Source: a virus
Taxonomy: Duplodnaviria; Caudoviricetes
Strand: one strand, 5' to 3'
DNA: 54,200 bases
Virus record (IMG/VR): IMGVR_UViG_3300036844_000041
Span: 1 to 54,200 of that record
Under the pieces are notes generated by a model, which was not told where the DNA came from, did not search any database, and worked only from the letters and a program-made list of their open reading frames with translations. Position 1 is the first letter of the stretch. Each line of letters starts with the position of its first letter. The translations under genes were made by a program, and so were the position numbers. This document shows positions 19,941 to 29,693 of this stretch, in pieces.

Positions 19941-20423
19941 TCACTGCTCACTCCTCATTCGGATGACGTCCCGGATTTCGTTGAACTCCCTCCAGTTCGC
20001 GGCCTCGATCTGCTGCCGCTCCCATAGGACGAGCCGACCGCTGGCCATCCCGTGACGGATCTCCTCCGCCCGCACGGTTTCCCCAGCGGCTTCGTGGACG
20101 CGGGCGATGAACTCCAACGCCTGGGACTCCGTCAGGTACCCGCCGTCCGGGACGCAGCCGTACGAGCACCGCATCGCCCGGGTAAGTCCCCACAGGCGAC
20201 AGATCAACGGCCGGATCTCGTAGACGCCGCACCGCCGCCACATCGTCAGCGCCGGGCACGGCAACGGCCGGTCCGCGACCGTGCGGCGCGGGATCGACAC
20301 CCCGGCCTCCGCGATCCGCCGCCGCTCGACACCGGTCATGTCGATGCTCGTGCACGCGTCGTGGCAGCGACCCCGGCACTCGATGGCCGGCAGCTCGGCA
20401 TAGATTGCGTCCAGGTCACCCAT
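19941..20423 (-). CDS. YkgJ-like CxxxCxxxC cysteine-cluster (putative Fe-S/Zn) protein
   Basis: CRGRCHDAC ... CPAL..RCGVYEIRPLICRLWG. Confidence 0.8.
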   Translation of the reverse strand: MGDLDAIYAELPAIECRGRCHDACTSIDMTGVERRRIAEAGVSIPRRTVADRPLPCPALTMWRRCGVYEIRPLICRLWGLTRAMRCSYGCVPDGGYLTESQALEFIARVHEAAGETVRAEEIRHGMASGRLVLWERQQIEAANWREFNEIRDVIRMRSEQ

Positions 20424-22380
20424 TGGAGGACTCCCGCCGTGCGGTGATCACCCGGATCCACTCGGCCAACACGGAATCCTGGCTGTCGGAGAGCGGCACG
20501 TAGAAGCCGAGCCGCCCCGCCCGGTCGTGCGCCTGCCGGACCAGCTCGTGTAGCTCGTCGTCGTCCGTGTCGCGGAAGTCGAGATCCGCGAACAGCGCCG
20601 ACTTCCAGTAGTCCCCGAAGGTCTGGCCGAGGACGCAGTCCTCGGCCGAGTACAGGTCCAACTGTCGGAGCTCGACCGTGCTGTCCCATCCGGGCTTGTT
20701 CTCGTCCAGCCAGGCCACTCCGGCGGCGACCCTCTCAGCGATCGTCAGCTCAGACATCGCTGCCCTCTTCGCGGCGGAAGGCGCTCGCGGCGGCCTCCCA
20801 CTCCAACCGGTCGACCTTGTAGAAGCCGGCGCTGTCCGGGTCGTTCAGCGCGGTCGCCGCAGCGAGCGCCAGCGTCGCGTGAACCTGCGCGGCGGTGATC
20901 GTCCACTGTTCGTTGCGGACATACGGCGTTCCGACGTCGTCCGTCTCAACGGCCGCGAGAAGCTCCTCAGCGCGCTTGTAGTGCTCAGGTCCCGTCACTG
21001 CCACTCCTCATGTCGAATTGGATGTCCGGCCAGCGCCCACGGTCGGCTGTCTCGGACGGGACCTCGGCCGTGTCGCAGTCCCCGTGCGGTCCGTCCGCGT
21101 TCTCGAAGCAGCAGGCGTGCACGGCGATCCCGTTGATGCAGAGTTGCCCGTCAACGGTGCGGACAACGGCTGGCGGGATCGGCTCGTGGGCGACGGCCCA
21201 CGCCTCGAAGCGGTCGAGCACCTCGTGTGTCCTCTCGATGTCCACTGTGGTCACGACTTCGCCGCCGGGTGGAAACAGCCATGCCGCGCGCACCAGCCGT
21301 CGTATCCGCCCACCAGGCACTGCGCCGACGGGGCGGGCGGGGCGTCGCCACGCAGCACCCGGCGCACGTAGCGGACGATCAGCTCCTCGGCCCGCTCGGC
21401 TGTGATGTGGAACCGCTGCTCGATCTGCTCCCCGTCGTAGCCCTCGGAGATCAACGACAGCAGGGCCGCGCCGCGCTTCATTTCGGCGTCGGCGCCGTAC
21501 GGGTTGTCCTCGGTGGTCATCACGACTCCAGCAGCGAAGACGCGACCAGCCGGCGCCGCAACTCGTCGCGCTCGTCTTCCAGCGCCACGAACCGGCCGGC
21601 GAGCCTGGCGAGGTTTTGCCGGGCTACATCCCGCTCACCGACCAGGGTCCGGATGATGTCCTCGACCAGCGCCTCGGCGTGGATGCGGTCCATCGGCTCG
21701 GTGGTGCAGGACCGGCGTGCCAGCAGCGCCAGCACCCGGTCAGCGACTTCTGGCGTCGGGCTCACCGGGCACCGTCCTCGGTGGACTCGACCGTCACCGC
21801 ACACCAGACCTCCGCGATCCCGTGCCACCGAACAGGGCCGGTCGTGTACTCCCGCCACGGACGCGTGCCCATGTAGGTCTTCCCGCTCAGCGCGGCAGTG
21901 GCGTCGAGGACGGCCGCCCACGCGTCGACAGCGGCGGTCCTGTCACTGGAGAACTGCATGTACGCCCAGCCGCCGGAGCGCACCCAGATGTTGGCCGGGG
22001 CTGGGAGGCCGGCCTCCACAGCGTCCGCGATGGCGCGCAGCGCCTCGGCGGTAGTCCGGGCGCTCACCGGGACACCGCCTCAACGTACGTGGCGCCGTAC
22101 GTGGAGGCGTACGCCCGCGCGGCGCCCTCCAGCGTCTGGCCGCTGCGCAGGTCATCGGCGGTGCAGCAGAGCTTCACCACAACGCCGCCGAACCTTTCCA
22201 CGACAGCCGCGACCGGGCCGATGTACGCCCGCTCAACCTGCTCGATCGTGATCGTGTGCTTGTCCATCGGATACGATCCCTTCGTTGGGGGCGCTCTCCC
22301 TCGGGTCACATCGATAGCGGGGAGCGCCTCTGTCTGTGTCTTGAGCCGGGCGGCCAGTCGCCCTTAGCCGCCCGGCGGTC

Positions 22381-23220
22381 TTAGGTGGAGCCCCGCTGCT
22401 CAGCGGCGGCGAGGAACGCTTCCTCGACGTCGGCGTGCAGCTCGGCGAGGGCATCGAACGCTTCCTGACTCGTCGCGAAAAGCGACGCGCCCCGCGCTGA
22501 GGTCACGACCTGACGCATCGTCGCGATCGCCTCAAGAGCAACCTCACCCCATGGGTCGAGGGGCTCCCCGGAGGGCGAGGGCTGACTGACCGCGTCGACG
22601 TCGGTCTCATCAGTGCGCACGGCATCAGCCGGGGCGTCTGTGGGGATTACGGCGGACGGTGGGTTAGAGCCACCACCGTCCGCCGCTGGGTCAGCTCCGG
22701 GGCTAGGTCGGCCCCGGTCCTGCTCCGACCCATCTGCCGACTGGCTCACGACGTCGGCAGCCGTCTGGGCCGGGAAGCCATCATGCCCGGCAGTCTCAGT
22801 TGTGACCTCTTCGGTCGACTGGGTGAGCGCGGGCACGACCGCGCTCGACCTCAGCGCGCGGATCGCCGCGGCGGTCGGTCGGCCGTCGGTGACCTCCACC
22901 ACCGCGGCCCAAATCTCAGCGCGCTCATCCTCGGGGAAGGCGAGCAGCTCGCGGGCCTGCCGCTCGTTCTGAACCGGAACCATGGTTCCGACGGCGGCCG
23001 CGTCCATGAGCTGCCGCGCGCGGCGGTCGGTGATGCCCCACTTCTTCGCGCAGTACTCGTCGAAGGTCCCGAACGCTTCGCGATAGAGCTTCCCGACATG
23101 CACCATCGCGAGCGCGTTGCCGACGTCCATGAACGTCAACAGCCCGGCGGCGATGACCTCTTCACACTGGTCCAGAAGTGCGCGCTCTTCGTCAGACAGG
23201 CGCGGCGCCAGCGCGGTCAT
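22381..23220 (-). CDS. DNA-binding protein (DUF3102-like N-terminus)
   Basis: VGNAL...KLYRE.FGTFDEYC..KWGI...ARQLM ... NERQAREL ... PTAAAI. Confidence 0.55.
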   Translation of the reverse strand: MTALAPRLSDEERALLDQCEEVIAAGLLTFMDVGNALAMVHVGKLYREAFGTFDEYCAKKWGITDRRARQLMDAAAVGTMVPVQNERQARELLAFPEDERAEIWAAVVEVTDGRPTAAAIRALRSSAVVPALTQSTEEVTTETAGHDGFPAQTAADVVSQSADGSEQDRGRPSPGADPAADGGGSNPPSAVIPTDAPADAVRTDETDVDAVSQPSPSGEPLDPWGEVALEAIATMRQVVTSARGASLFATSQEAFDALAELHADVEEAFLAAAEQRGST

Positions 23221-23444
23221 GCCGCACCCCGCTCCGCGGACTCGGCGGCCGGGGCGAGCACCGGCGGGACGCCGGCGGTCCAGATCCGGATGGTCTCGCC
23301 CGCGACATCGATGCCGGTGCGCCGGGTGATCTCGACGGCAATGAGCCGCCAGGAGACGCCTGCAGCTCGGCGGGCGGAGATCAAGTCAGCGAGGGGCTCG
23401 CCGAGCGCCTGCTCGATCTCGGAGTGCTTGGGGGGCATCGCCAT
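23217..23444 (-). CDS. Cro-like HTH protein
   Basis: First gene of the leftward arm, divergent from the repressor; RRAAGVSWRLIAVEI...GETIRIW HTH. Confidence 0.7.
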   Translation of the reverse strand: MAMPPKHSEIEQALGEPLADLISARRAAGVSWRLIAVEITRRTGIDVAGETIRIWTAGVPPVLAPAAESAERGAA

Positions 23445-23451
23445 GCCGAGA

Positions 23452-23569
23452 AGTCTGCCATTGGCAGACTCACCATGCAATGGCAGACTCATCCACCGAA
23501 CGGCCGACAACTACTCGGCCGATGGCACATCTTTGCCATTGCCAACTTTGCCTGCGCACGGCAGACTCG
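23452..23569. promoter_or_regulatory. Cro/repressor divergent promoter-operator region
   Basis: Palindrome AGTCTGCCA-T-TGGCAGACT (23452-23470), further GGCAGACTC copies (23482, 23560) and TGGCA/TGCCA half-sites. Confidence 0.75.
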
Positions 23570-23574
23570 CCTCC

Positions 23575-24063
23575 ATGACCGCGATACCACGAGAAGAGGG
23601 CGACGCCGCGAAGGTTGCCCCCGAGCAGCCAAAACGGGGCCGCAGACCGGCCGACACATTCGGCAACAGATTGATGCTCGCGCGCACCCTCGCGGGGCAT
23701 CTGTCGATCCGCGAGGCGTGCGATCAGACCGGGCTCAACCGCGGGAATTGGCAAGGATGGGAGCGCGGGCTACGGCCACGCGACCAGGTCGAGGTGTGCC
23801 GCGTCATCGCGGACGCGCTCGATATCGAATTCGACTGGCTGCTCTTCGGCGGCCCCCTACTTCCCGCGCGAGGGCGGCCGGTAGACAAACGGCCAGCGGG
23901 GGATACCCTTCAGTATTCCCCTCCCCCGATCATCCGAGGCGGCGTAGGCGCCCGGCCCAGTGACAATCGCCCGAAGACTCGACGTGACATGCGGTCCCCA
24001 CGGCGGGTCCGACCGGTGGTCATACATGAGGCCGGCTCGGCGGTAGCAGGTGACCTTGCGTGA
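23575..24063 (+). CDS. Immunity repressor (XRE HTH) with long C-terminal extension
   Basis: TFGNRLMLAR...LSIREACDQTGLNRGNWQGWERG..P ... DWLLFG; divergent from cro and directly upstream of the integrase. The ORF-track start at 22783 is a spurious extension. Confidence 0.85.
   Translation: MTAIPREEGDAAKVAPEQPKRGRRPADTFGNRLMLARTLAGHLSIREACDQTGLNRGNWQGWERGLRPRDQVEVCRVIADALDIEFDWLLFGGPLLPARGRPVDKRPAGDTLQYSPPPIIRGGVGARPSDNRPKTRRDMRSPRRVRPVVIHEAGSAVAGDLA
23898..23921. other. Candidate attP core inside the repressor gene
   Basis: GGGGGATAC-CCTTCA-GTATTCCCC: 9-bp inverted repeat (1 mismatch) around a 6-bp spacer, just after the HTH domain. Confidence 0.45.
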
Positions 24064-24080
24064 GGCGAGGATCACCTACC

Positions 24081-24929
24081 ATGATTGATCCCTGGATCGC
24101 CCGGCACTCCGCGCACCTGCGCGGCGCCGGCTACGCCGAAAACACCATCGAGGACCGAGCCGAAGTGCTGCGCCGCGCGCACCATGAGATGCCGCTCGGC
24201 CTGCTCGAGGCGGACGTGGAGGACCTCTCCGACTGGCTCGCCCGGCCCGGCTGGTGCAACCAGACCCGGGCCACCTACCACGGCCACCTGACCGGCTTCT
24301 TCCGCTGGGCGGCCGACCCGGCGCACCTGCCGCACCTCAGCTACGACCCGTCGGCCGGGCTGATCCGCCCGAAGGTCCGCCGGACCGTGCCGCGCCCGGT
24401 CACCGACCGGGAGCTGGCGCACGTCCTGGGTCGGGCGGAGGGGCGGTGGCTGGTTTACTGCCTGCTCGCCGCGTACGCCGGGCTGCGCTCGTGCGAGATC
24501 GCGGCCGTCCGGAAGGAGGACATCTCGGAGGAGATGATCGTCGTGCGGGGAAAAGGTGACCGGGAGCGGGCCATCCCGACCCACCCGGTGATCTGGCAGG
24601 CGGTCCGCGACTTCCCCCGCGGACCGATTGCCCGCAAGCACCAGCACCCCGGCCCGGCGACCGCGAAGTACGTCTCGATCCAGACCAGCTTGTACCTCAA
24701 CCGGCGGCTCGGCCCGAACGAGATCACCTTGCATCGGCTCAGGCACTGGTTCGGGTCGACGCTGCTCCGCGACGCCGAGGAGGGCGGAGCGGGTACCAAT
24801 CTCCGGGTCGTGCAAGAGTTGCTCGGCCACAGCAATCCGGAAACGACCGCGATCTATACCTTAGTGACGGGGAGGCAGCGCCGACGTGCGGTCAGCGCGT
24901 TGCCTCCCCTCGCCCCTGAGCCCTGCTGA
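24081..24929 (+). CDS. int: Tyrosine integrase lacking an N-terminal arm-binding domain
   Basis: Catalytic residues GLRSCEI, GKG, HRLRH, LGH and TAIY; only 282 aa. Confidence 0.93.
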   Translation: MIDPWIARHSAHLRGAGYAENTIEDRAEVLRRAHHEMPLGLLEADVEDLSDWLARPGWCNQTRATYHGHLTGFFRWAADPAHLPHLSYDPSAGLIRPKVRRTVPRPVTDRELAHVLGRAEGRWLVYCLLAAYAGLRSCEIAAVRKEDISEEMIVVRGKGDRERAIPTHPVIWQAVRDFPRGPIARKHQHPGPATAKYVSIQTSLYLNRRLGPNEITLHRLRHWFGSTLLRDAEEGGAGTNLRVVQELLGHSNPETTAIYTLVTGRQRRRAVSALPPLAPEPC

Positions 24930-24951
24930 GACCTGGAACGTACCGACAGTA

Positions 24952-24990
24952 TCGGCGCCCCGACCCGCCTCGCGCGAGTCGGGGCGCCGC
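24952..24990. terminator. Bidirectional terminator-like hairpin between convergent genes
   Basis: CGGCGCCCCGAC ... GTCGGGGCGCCG inverted repeat. Confidence 0.65.
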
Positions 24991-25389
24991 TCATTCCCGG
25001 CCGAGCTTGCGCTTGAGGATCTCGCCGCGAACCTCGGTGGGGTCCAGGTCGAGGACGTCGGAGATCTCGGACACGGTCAGACCGGCGCCGAAGAGCCGCT
25101 CCACAATCTTCCCGATCTCGCGTCGGACGCGGTGCGGCTGGCGGACCCGTTCCAGCCTGCCGCCCGCGGCCTGAACTTCCTCCGCGAGGCCCTCCTCGTC
25201 GGCGGGCGCGTAGGCGGCGACGATCACGGATGCCTCACCGGTGCGGACGATCTGCAGCGCGTCGGCGGCGTGGAAGACCAGGTTGTCGATACGGTAGCCG
25301 CGCTCTTCGCAGTAGCGCAGGCAGGCGGCCTCCTGCTTCTCGCGCGGGACGCTGCCGGTCAGGTAGATGAGGATCCCTGCGCGGGACAT
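24991..25389 (-). CDS. Degenerate resolvase-fold protein with C-terminal HTH
   Basis: IY...EKQEAACLRYCEERGYRI ... GEASVIVA resembles a serine-recombinase N-terminus without the YxRvS motif; C-terminal GLTVSEISDVLDL. Confidence 0.45.
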   Translation of the reverse strand: MSRAGILIYLTGSVPREKQEAACLRYCEERGYRIDNLVFHAADALQIVRTGEASVIVAAYAPADEEGLAEEVQAAGGRLERVRQPHRVRREIGKIVERLFGAGLTVSEISDVLDLDPTEVRGEILKRKLGRE

Positions 25390-25559
25390 GCCGAAATCGC
25401 CTCCTTGCACACGACCCACCCGCTGGTCGGGAGCTTGGAAGCGGCCTGTCCAAACTCGTCCCCGCAGTCGCAACGTAACGCGGGGCCACGACGCGATCAC
25501 TCGTCCGAACGGGTGAACCACGGAGTGTGAACGCGTGCGTGAGCAACAACCGTCAGGGT

Positions 25560-25802
25560 TTATTCGGCTCGGTCGATCGGTGGATTCTCGGCAACCCAGT
25601 AGGCGACCCCGCCCTGAGAGACGAGCCAGCCCTCCGCGCGCAGGTCCCGCTGCGCGTCCCGCACGACGGTCAGCGACACGCCATGCTCCGCCATCAGGTC
25701 CCGCCGGGACGGCAGTTGGTGGCCGGGTGGCCACGCACCCGAGGTGATCTGCTCCTTGACGTGCGCCTTCAGCCTGTCCGTTTTGGACATGGGTGTGGTC
25801 AT
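25560..25802 (-). CDS. GntR-family winged-HTH regulator
   Basis: ITSGAWPPGHQLPSRRDLMAEHGVSLTVVRDA...L.AEGWL.S.GG..YWV. Confidence 0.88.
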   Translation of the reverse strand: MTTPMSKTDRLKAHVKEQITSGAWPPGHQLPSRRDLMAEHGVSLTVVRDAQRDLRAEGWLVSQGGVAYWVAENPPIDRAE

Positions 25803-25889
25803 TGATGTCTCCCTGGTCAGCGTGACCATGAGATCACCTCCCACACAAGCAGGCAACATCAGGTGACATCCTGCTGTCCCTGGGTTGCG

Positions 25890-25907
25890 GATGCATCCGG
25901 ATGCATC
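25890..25907. promoter_or_regulatory. Palindromic operator candidate upstream of the GntR gene
   Basis: Perfect 18-bp palindrome GATGCATCCGGATGCATC. Confidence 0.5.
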
Positions 25908-26073
25908 TAGCGTCGAGCCTAGGCGCCCGCTCCCTGGTCAGCAACCGCGGGCCGGCGCCCCCCGGTCCGGGGTGCTGGCGCACCTCTTCGCACGAGGGTC
26001 CACACCGCGCCAGCCCCCCGGGCCCCCGATGCCCCCGGTGCGTCGGCGCTCCCGGCGCACTGGGGATCCAGCC

Positions 26074-26133
26074 GGGGTGTGGTGCCCCTCCGCTCGGGTG
26101 GCGAGCCTGGCCTCGGGCACCACACCCCCTTTT
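26074..26133 (+). terminator. Intrinsic terminator-like hairpin
   Basis: GGGGTGTGGTGCCC / GGGCACCACACCCC followed by CTTTT. Confidence 0.5.
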
Positions 26134-26467
26134 CCGCTCGAAGGAGCAGTCATGCTGGCACGGTTGATCGGCGAGGTGCGGACCGCGAAGCGGGCTGGGC
26201 TGCGGATGCTGCGGGTGTGGCTGACCCCGCAGGCGTGGGTGGCGCTGGTGCAGGCGTCCGCGGCGACAGGGGATTCGCACGCCGACACGGTGAATCGGGC
26301 GCTGCAGCACTACCGGGATTCGGTGATCAATGTTTGAGCCTCTGACGCACTATCCGGTGAGGCGCCGTTGGTGGCATCTGAGGTTGCGGTGCGTGTGTGG
26401 TCGTCGGGCGGATCGGTGTGGTGAGTGGCTGGCGGTGCAGGCGCGCGGGTCGCGGTAAGGGATCCTG

Positions 26468-26538
26468 AGACATTTCCGATGCGCATATGTTGACACCACT
26501 CTCCCGGGCCGGTAACGTAAGCGCCATCGGAAACGTCT
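26468..26538 (+). promoter_or_regulatory. Sigma70 promoter flanked by a 14-bp inverted repeat
   Basis: TTGACA (26490)-17-TAACGT (26513); AGACATTTCCGATG / CATCGGAAACGTCT; AGGAGG SD follows. Confidence 0.75.
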
Positions 26539-26554
26539 ACAGGAGGTGGCGGAA

Positions 26555-27511
26555 ATGACCTGGACCCGCGAGCAGATGTTGGCCATCGGCGGCTCGCCGT
26601 GGCAGAAGAACGGCAAGGACCGGATCTACCTGAACGGGTGGGCTGACCTGATCGGCCTGGCCGTCACCCGGTACGGCACCGGGAACATCTCCTCCGCCAC
26701 GCTGGGCGGCGAGCCGATCAGCAACGGCAAGGCCCGCCAGCTGCTCGGCCAGGACGCCAAAGTGTGGTGGGACGCCGCCGACGGGCAGATCCACATCACC
26801 GCCGGGACCGTGCTCGCCGACCGGTACGCCGGCGACCTGCACGACGGTATCGCCGCGGCGGTCGAGCGGGCCGGGGTCGCCACCCCGCCGGCCGAGCCCG
26901 AGCCCCAGCCGGAGCCCACCGTCAAGACGCCGGCCGCGCCGGTCCCGGACGGGCACGTCCGGCTGACGATGCCGAACATGTCCGGCACCCACCTCGTCAA
27001 CTTGTCCAGCCTCACCCCGAAGGCTGCGGCCCTGGCCGAGGCCCTCGCCGGCACCGAGGTCCGGTGGATCGCCATCGAGTCGATCCGCCCGGCCCGCGAC
27101 GTCTACGGCCCCAAGGCCGAGTTCATGTTCGGCGTCGACTCCCCGCGACTGGACCAGCCGGTCCGGGACGCCTGGGAGGGCTGGCGCACCAGCGTCCCCC
27201 AGATCTGGACTGTGGGCCAGGCGCTGGAGTACGAGGCCGCGAAGATGCCCGGGTGGGTGCCGGTCGGCCGTGACGGGGATGTGCCGCACTCGGCGGCAGC
27301 CCGCGACGCCGACGCGCTGACCCCGGACCAGTGCGTGGATCTGCTCCGCCAGCTCGGCTCGCCGGCCGCGCGGGGTGGCAAGGAGCACTGGATGTCGGTC
27401 GCCCCCGAGGGCCGCGACGGGTATCCGAAGCCCGCCGACAGCAACGGATTCACGCTGCTGTGGCGCGCCGCCGACGTCCGCGCCCTCGCCGAGCGGGTGT
27501 CGGCGTGCTGA
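26555..27511 (+). CDS. Hypothetical multidomain protein
   Basis: Strong SD; GSPWQKNGKDRIYLN N-domain, Pro/Glu linker, C-terminal AlpA-like segment (YPKP...LLWRAADV). Confidence 0.7.
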   Translation: MTWTREQMLAIGGSPWQKNGKDRIYLNGWADLIGLAVTRYGTGNISSATLGGEPISNGKARQLLGQDAKVWWDAADGQIHITAGTVLADRYAGDLHDGIAAAVERAGVATPPAEPEPQPEPTVKTPAAPVPDGHVRLTMPNMSGTHLVNLSSLTPKAAALAEALAGTEVRWIAIESIRPARDVYGPKAEFMFGVDSPRLDQPVRDAWEGWRTSVPQIWTVGQALEYEAAKMPGWVPVGRDGDVPHSAAARDADALTPDQCVDLLRQLGSPAARGGKEHWMSVAPEGRDGYPKPADSNGFTLLWRAADVRALAERVSAC

Positions 27512-27900
27512 GGGAGGTCGCCGAGCGCGTGGCTCGGCTTCGTGGGATGCCCGCGGCTCAGGCCGCGGGCGTTCTCGCCGGTCTCGTCGACGACCTCGCC
27601 GCAGTGGTCGGCGACGACCGCGTCGAGGACTCCACGGCGCTGGGCCTCGCGACCCGGGCGCTGCGGGCGGTCCGGCCCCGCGCGCCGCGCCCCACCGACC
27701 GGTATGCCGCGCTCGCCGAGCTACGGACGGCCCTCGCGGAGGGGCCGCGGACCTCCGGCCGTCCGCCGGTCGGGAAGCCACGCACCATCCGTGTGCCGGA
27801 CGAGCTGTGGGCGCAGGTGGAGGCGTATGCCCGCGACCACGGCGTGAGCGAGTCGCGAGCCGGGTGCGACCTGATCGAGGCCGGACTGAAAGCGACATGA
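27505..27900 (+). CDS. Protein with C-terminal ribbon-helix-helix-like DNA-binding domain
   Basis: GRPPVGKPRTIRVPDELWAQVEAYARDHGVSES...LIEAGL. Confidence 0.65.
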   Translation: MLREVAERVARLRGMPAAQAAGVLAGLVDDLAAVVGDDRVEDSTALGLATRALRAVRPRAPRPTDRYAALAELRTALAEGPRTSGRPPVGKPRTIRVPDELWAQVEAYARDHGVSESRAGCDLIEAGLKAT

Positions 27901-28346
27901 TCGTGGTCGCGCGGCATGGCAACCCACGCTATGAGGCAGTCGTCGCCGAGCTCACCGCCGAGCCCCTCGCCTCCCAGTGGTGGCAGGACGCGGAGAGCTA
28001 CCACGAGGACGGCATCTCCTACATGGTCGCGATGGCTGCGGATGAGTCCGGCCAACTCGCGCCGGCCGCGTGGGCAGGCTGGCGCGTCGTCGATGGGATC
28101 CTGAAGTGCTGCAACAACTACGAGCGCCAGGGCATCGGCCGGCGCGACGAGCTGTACCGACTGGCGTACCGGGCGCGGCACCGCCAGATCGTGGCGCCGT
28201 GGCGTGGGCCGGCTGTGACGTACCTCTTCCCGGAGCCGATCGGGCTGCATCTGGCGGACGGCTGGTATCGGACCGGGGTGACCGGGCCGGGTGAGTTGGC
28301 GGGGCATGTGTGGTGGGAGCTCCGGCGGGGATTGCAAACTAGTTGA
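27897..28346 (+). CDS. Hypothetical protein, possibly divergent GNAT fold
   Basis: ATGA coupling; AWAGW...NNYERQGIG...HLADGWYRTG loosely matches GNAT motifs A/B. Confidence 0.4.
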   Translation: MIVVARHGNPRYEAVVAELTAEPLASQWWQDAESYHEDGISYMVAMAADESGQLAPAAWAGWRVVDGILKCCNNYERQGIGRRDELYRLAYRARHRQIVAPWRGPAVTYLFPEPIGLHLADGWYRTGVTGPGELAGHVWWELRRGLQTS

Positions 28347-28378
28347 CGTGCCAAGGGTAAGGATGTAAACTAGTTTGC
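28334..28378 (+). promoter_or_regulatory. Promoter with two palindromic operators driving a leaderless gene
   Basis: TTGACG-17-TAAACT with ATG 7 nt later; operators GCAAACTAGTTGAC and GTAAACTAGTTTGC overlap -35 and -10. Confidence 0.75.
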
Positions 28379-28777
28379 ATGACGATGATGTGGAGTATCG
28401 AGACCGACGCCGTGGTCGGCGCGGCGATGGACATCACCCGGGACATCACCGGAACGCCGTCCTGGTCGCAGAGCGGCCGACTCGGCACCGAGGCTACAAC
28501 CGACCACGCGACGGCCCTCGCCGTGGTGGCCGCGTTGCACGAGGCCGGGCACCGGGCGTGGATGTCTCCCGCGCACGGGCACGGCAGCCGCCGGGTCGCT
28601 GAGGAGCAGCTGGCCGCGTACGCGGTCGCCCGTGACGGGCTGGTCGAGGCGGTCCATGCCGGCCTTGAGGCCGGGATGCGGAAGACGGAGATCGCCCGGC
28701 TGTCGGGGCTGTCGCGCCCCGGACTCGACAAGATCATTGACCGCTTCGGGCTCGACGCCCTCGTCAAGGGAGAGTGA
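28379..28777 (+). CDS. Protein with C-terminal HTH (probable autoregulator)
   Basis: AGMRKTEIARLSGLSRPGLDKII. Confidence 0.7.
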   Translation: MTMMWSIETDAVVGAAMDITRDITGTPSWSQSGRLGTEATTDHATALAVVAALHEAGHRAWMSPAHGHGSRRVAEEQLAAYAVARDGLVEAVHAGLEAGMRKTEIARLSGLSRPGLDKIIDRFGLDALVKGE

Positions 28778-29256
28778 CCATGAGCTACCGCCGGATCGTC
28801 GCGCGGGTGGACGATTTCACCCGGATTGTGGAGTCAGACGAGCGTCGCTGGGTGAGGATGCACTACCTGCACTCCGACGGCAGGGACCAGGTCGAGACCA
28901 TCGATGTGCCGATCGACGGGTCCGGCGACGCTGCCGCCGTCGAGCAGGTGCGGCGAAACGTCGCGGCGCGCGGCGGCACCCCGACGCCGCTGCCGCCCGC
29001 GCCAAGCGGACCAAGGGCCCGGGTCGCAGTCCACAGTGACCCGGTTGCCGGGGACGTGGAGGTGGCCCACTGCCCGGTCTGGCGCACGGTAGAGGCCGAC
29101 GCTTGGGCCGGAACTGACGGCAATGGAAACAACCGATACGACGGGAAGTCGTTTACCGTGCCCGCCGACGGGTCCGGGGATGAGGCGGGCATCGCCCGCG
29201 CGCGGGAGTGGACCAGGAAGCACTCACTCCGTCCGCCAGCGGCGTGCGAGAACTGA
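28774..29256 (+). CDS. Hypothetical protein with internal duplication
   Basis: VPIDGSGDAAAV and VPADGSGDEAGI repeated units. Confidence 0.6.
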   Translation: MTMSYRRIVARVDDFTRIVESDERRWVRMHYLHSDGRDQVETIDVPIDGSGDAAAVEQVRRNVAARGGTPTPLPPAPSGPRARVAVHSDPVAGDVEVAHCPVWRTVEADAWAGTDGNGNNRYDGKSFTVPADGSGDEAGIARAREWTRKHSLRPPAACEN

Positions 29257-29693
29257 GGCATCCGCCAACGCCCGGCCCAAATCCGGGCGTTGGCGGGGCA
29301 CCTCAGCCCCAATCCCGCGAAGGAGCAACCCATGGAGCTATCGGACGCGGCCGTACGCCTGGACGAGCTGGCGGACGAGCTGGCCGCCGCCTCGTGCGCC
29401 GAGATTTTCGCCGCCGCAGTGCATGGCCGGCACGATGATCTCATGCTTCTCTGCGACGTCAGCGCACGGATCCTCTGGGATTTTGACCTGCTGTCCACGG
29501 AGTACCGGCCGCGCATGGCGAACGCGGCGCAGCACGCCGCCTGGGTCGCGGACCTGCGTGAGATGGCGCAGGCGTGCCGCCAGTTCGCGGCCAGCGAATG
29601 CGCCGCCGAGGGCATGCGATGGCTCCTGGCCTGGATGGAGGCGGGCCAGCCAGCCCGCTGGACCGACAGCCGTGCGGCGTTCGGCCAGGTCGG

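Larger units (their letters stand above)
5255..22309 (-). other. Tightly packed array of many small leftward hypothetical phage genes (early/accessory arm)
   Basis: Successive minus-strand ORFs coupled by GTGA/ATGA overlaps, e.g. 5255-5548, 5545-5994, 6313-6606, 7870-8286, 9403-9681, 10802-11182, 17510-17788, 17785-18081, 18206-18460, 20416-20757, 20750-21004, 21251-21523, 21762-22067. Confidence 0.75.
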
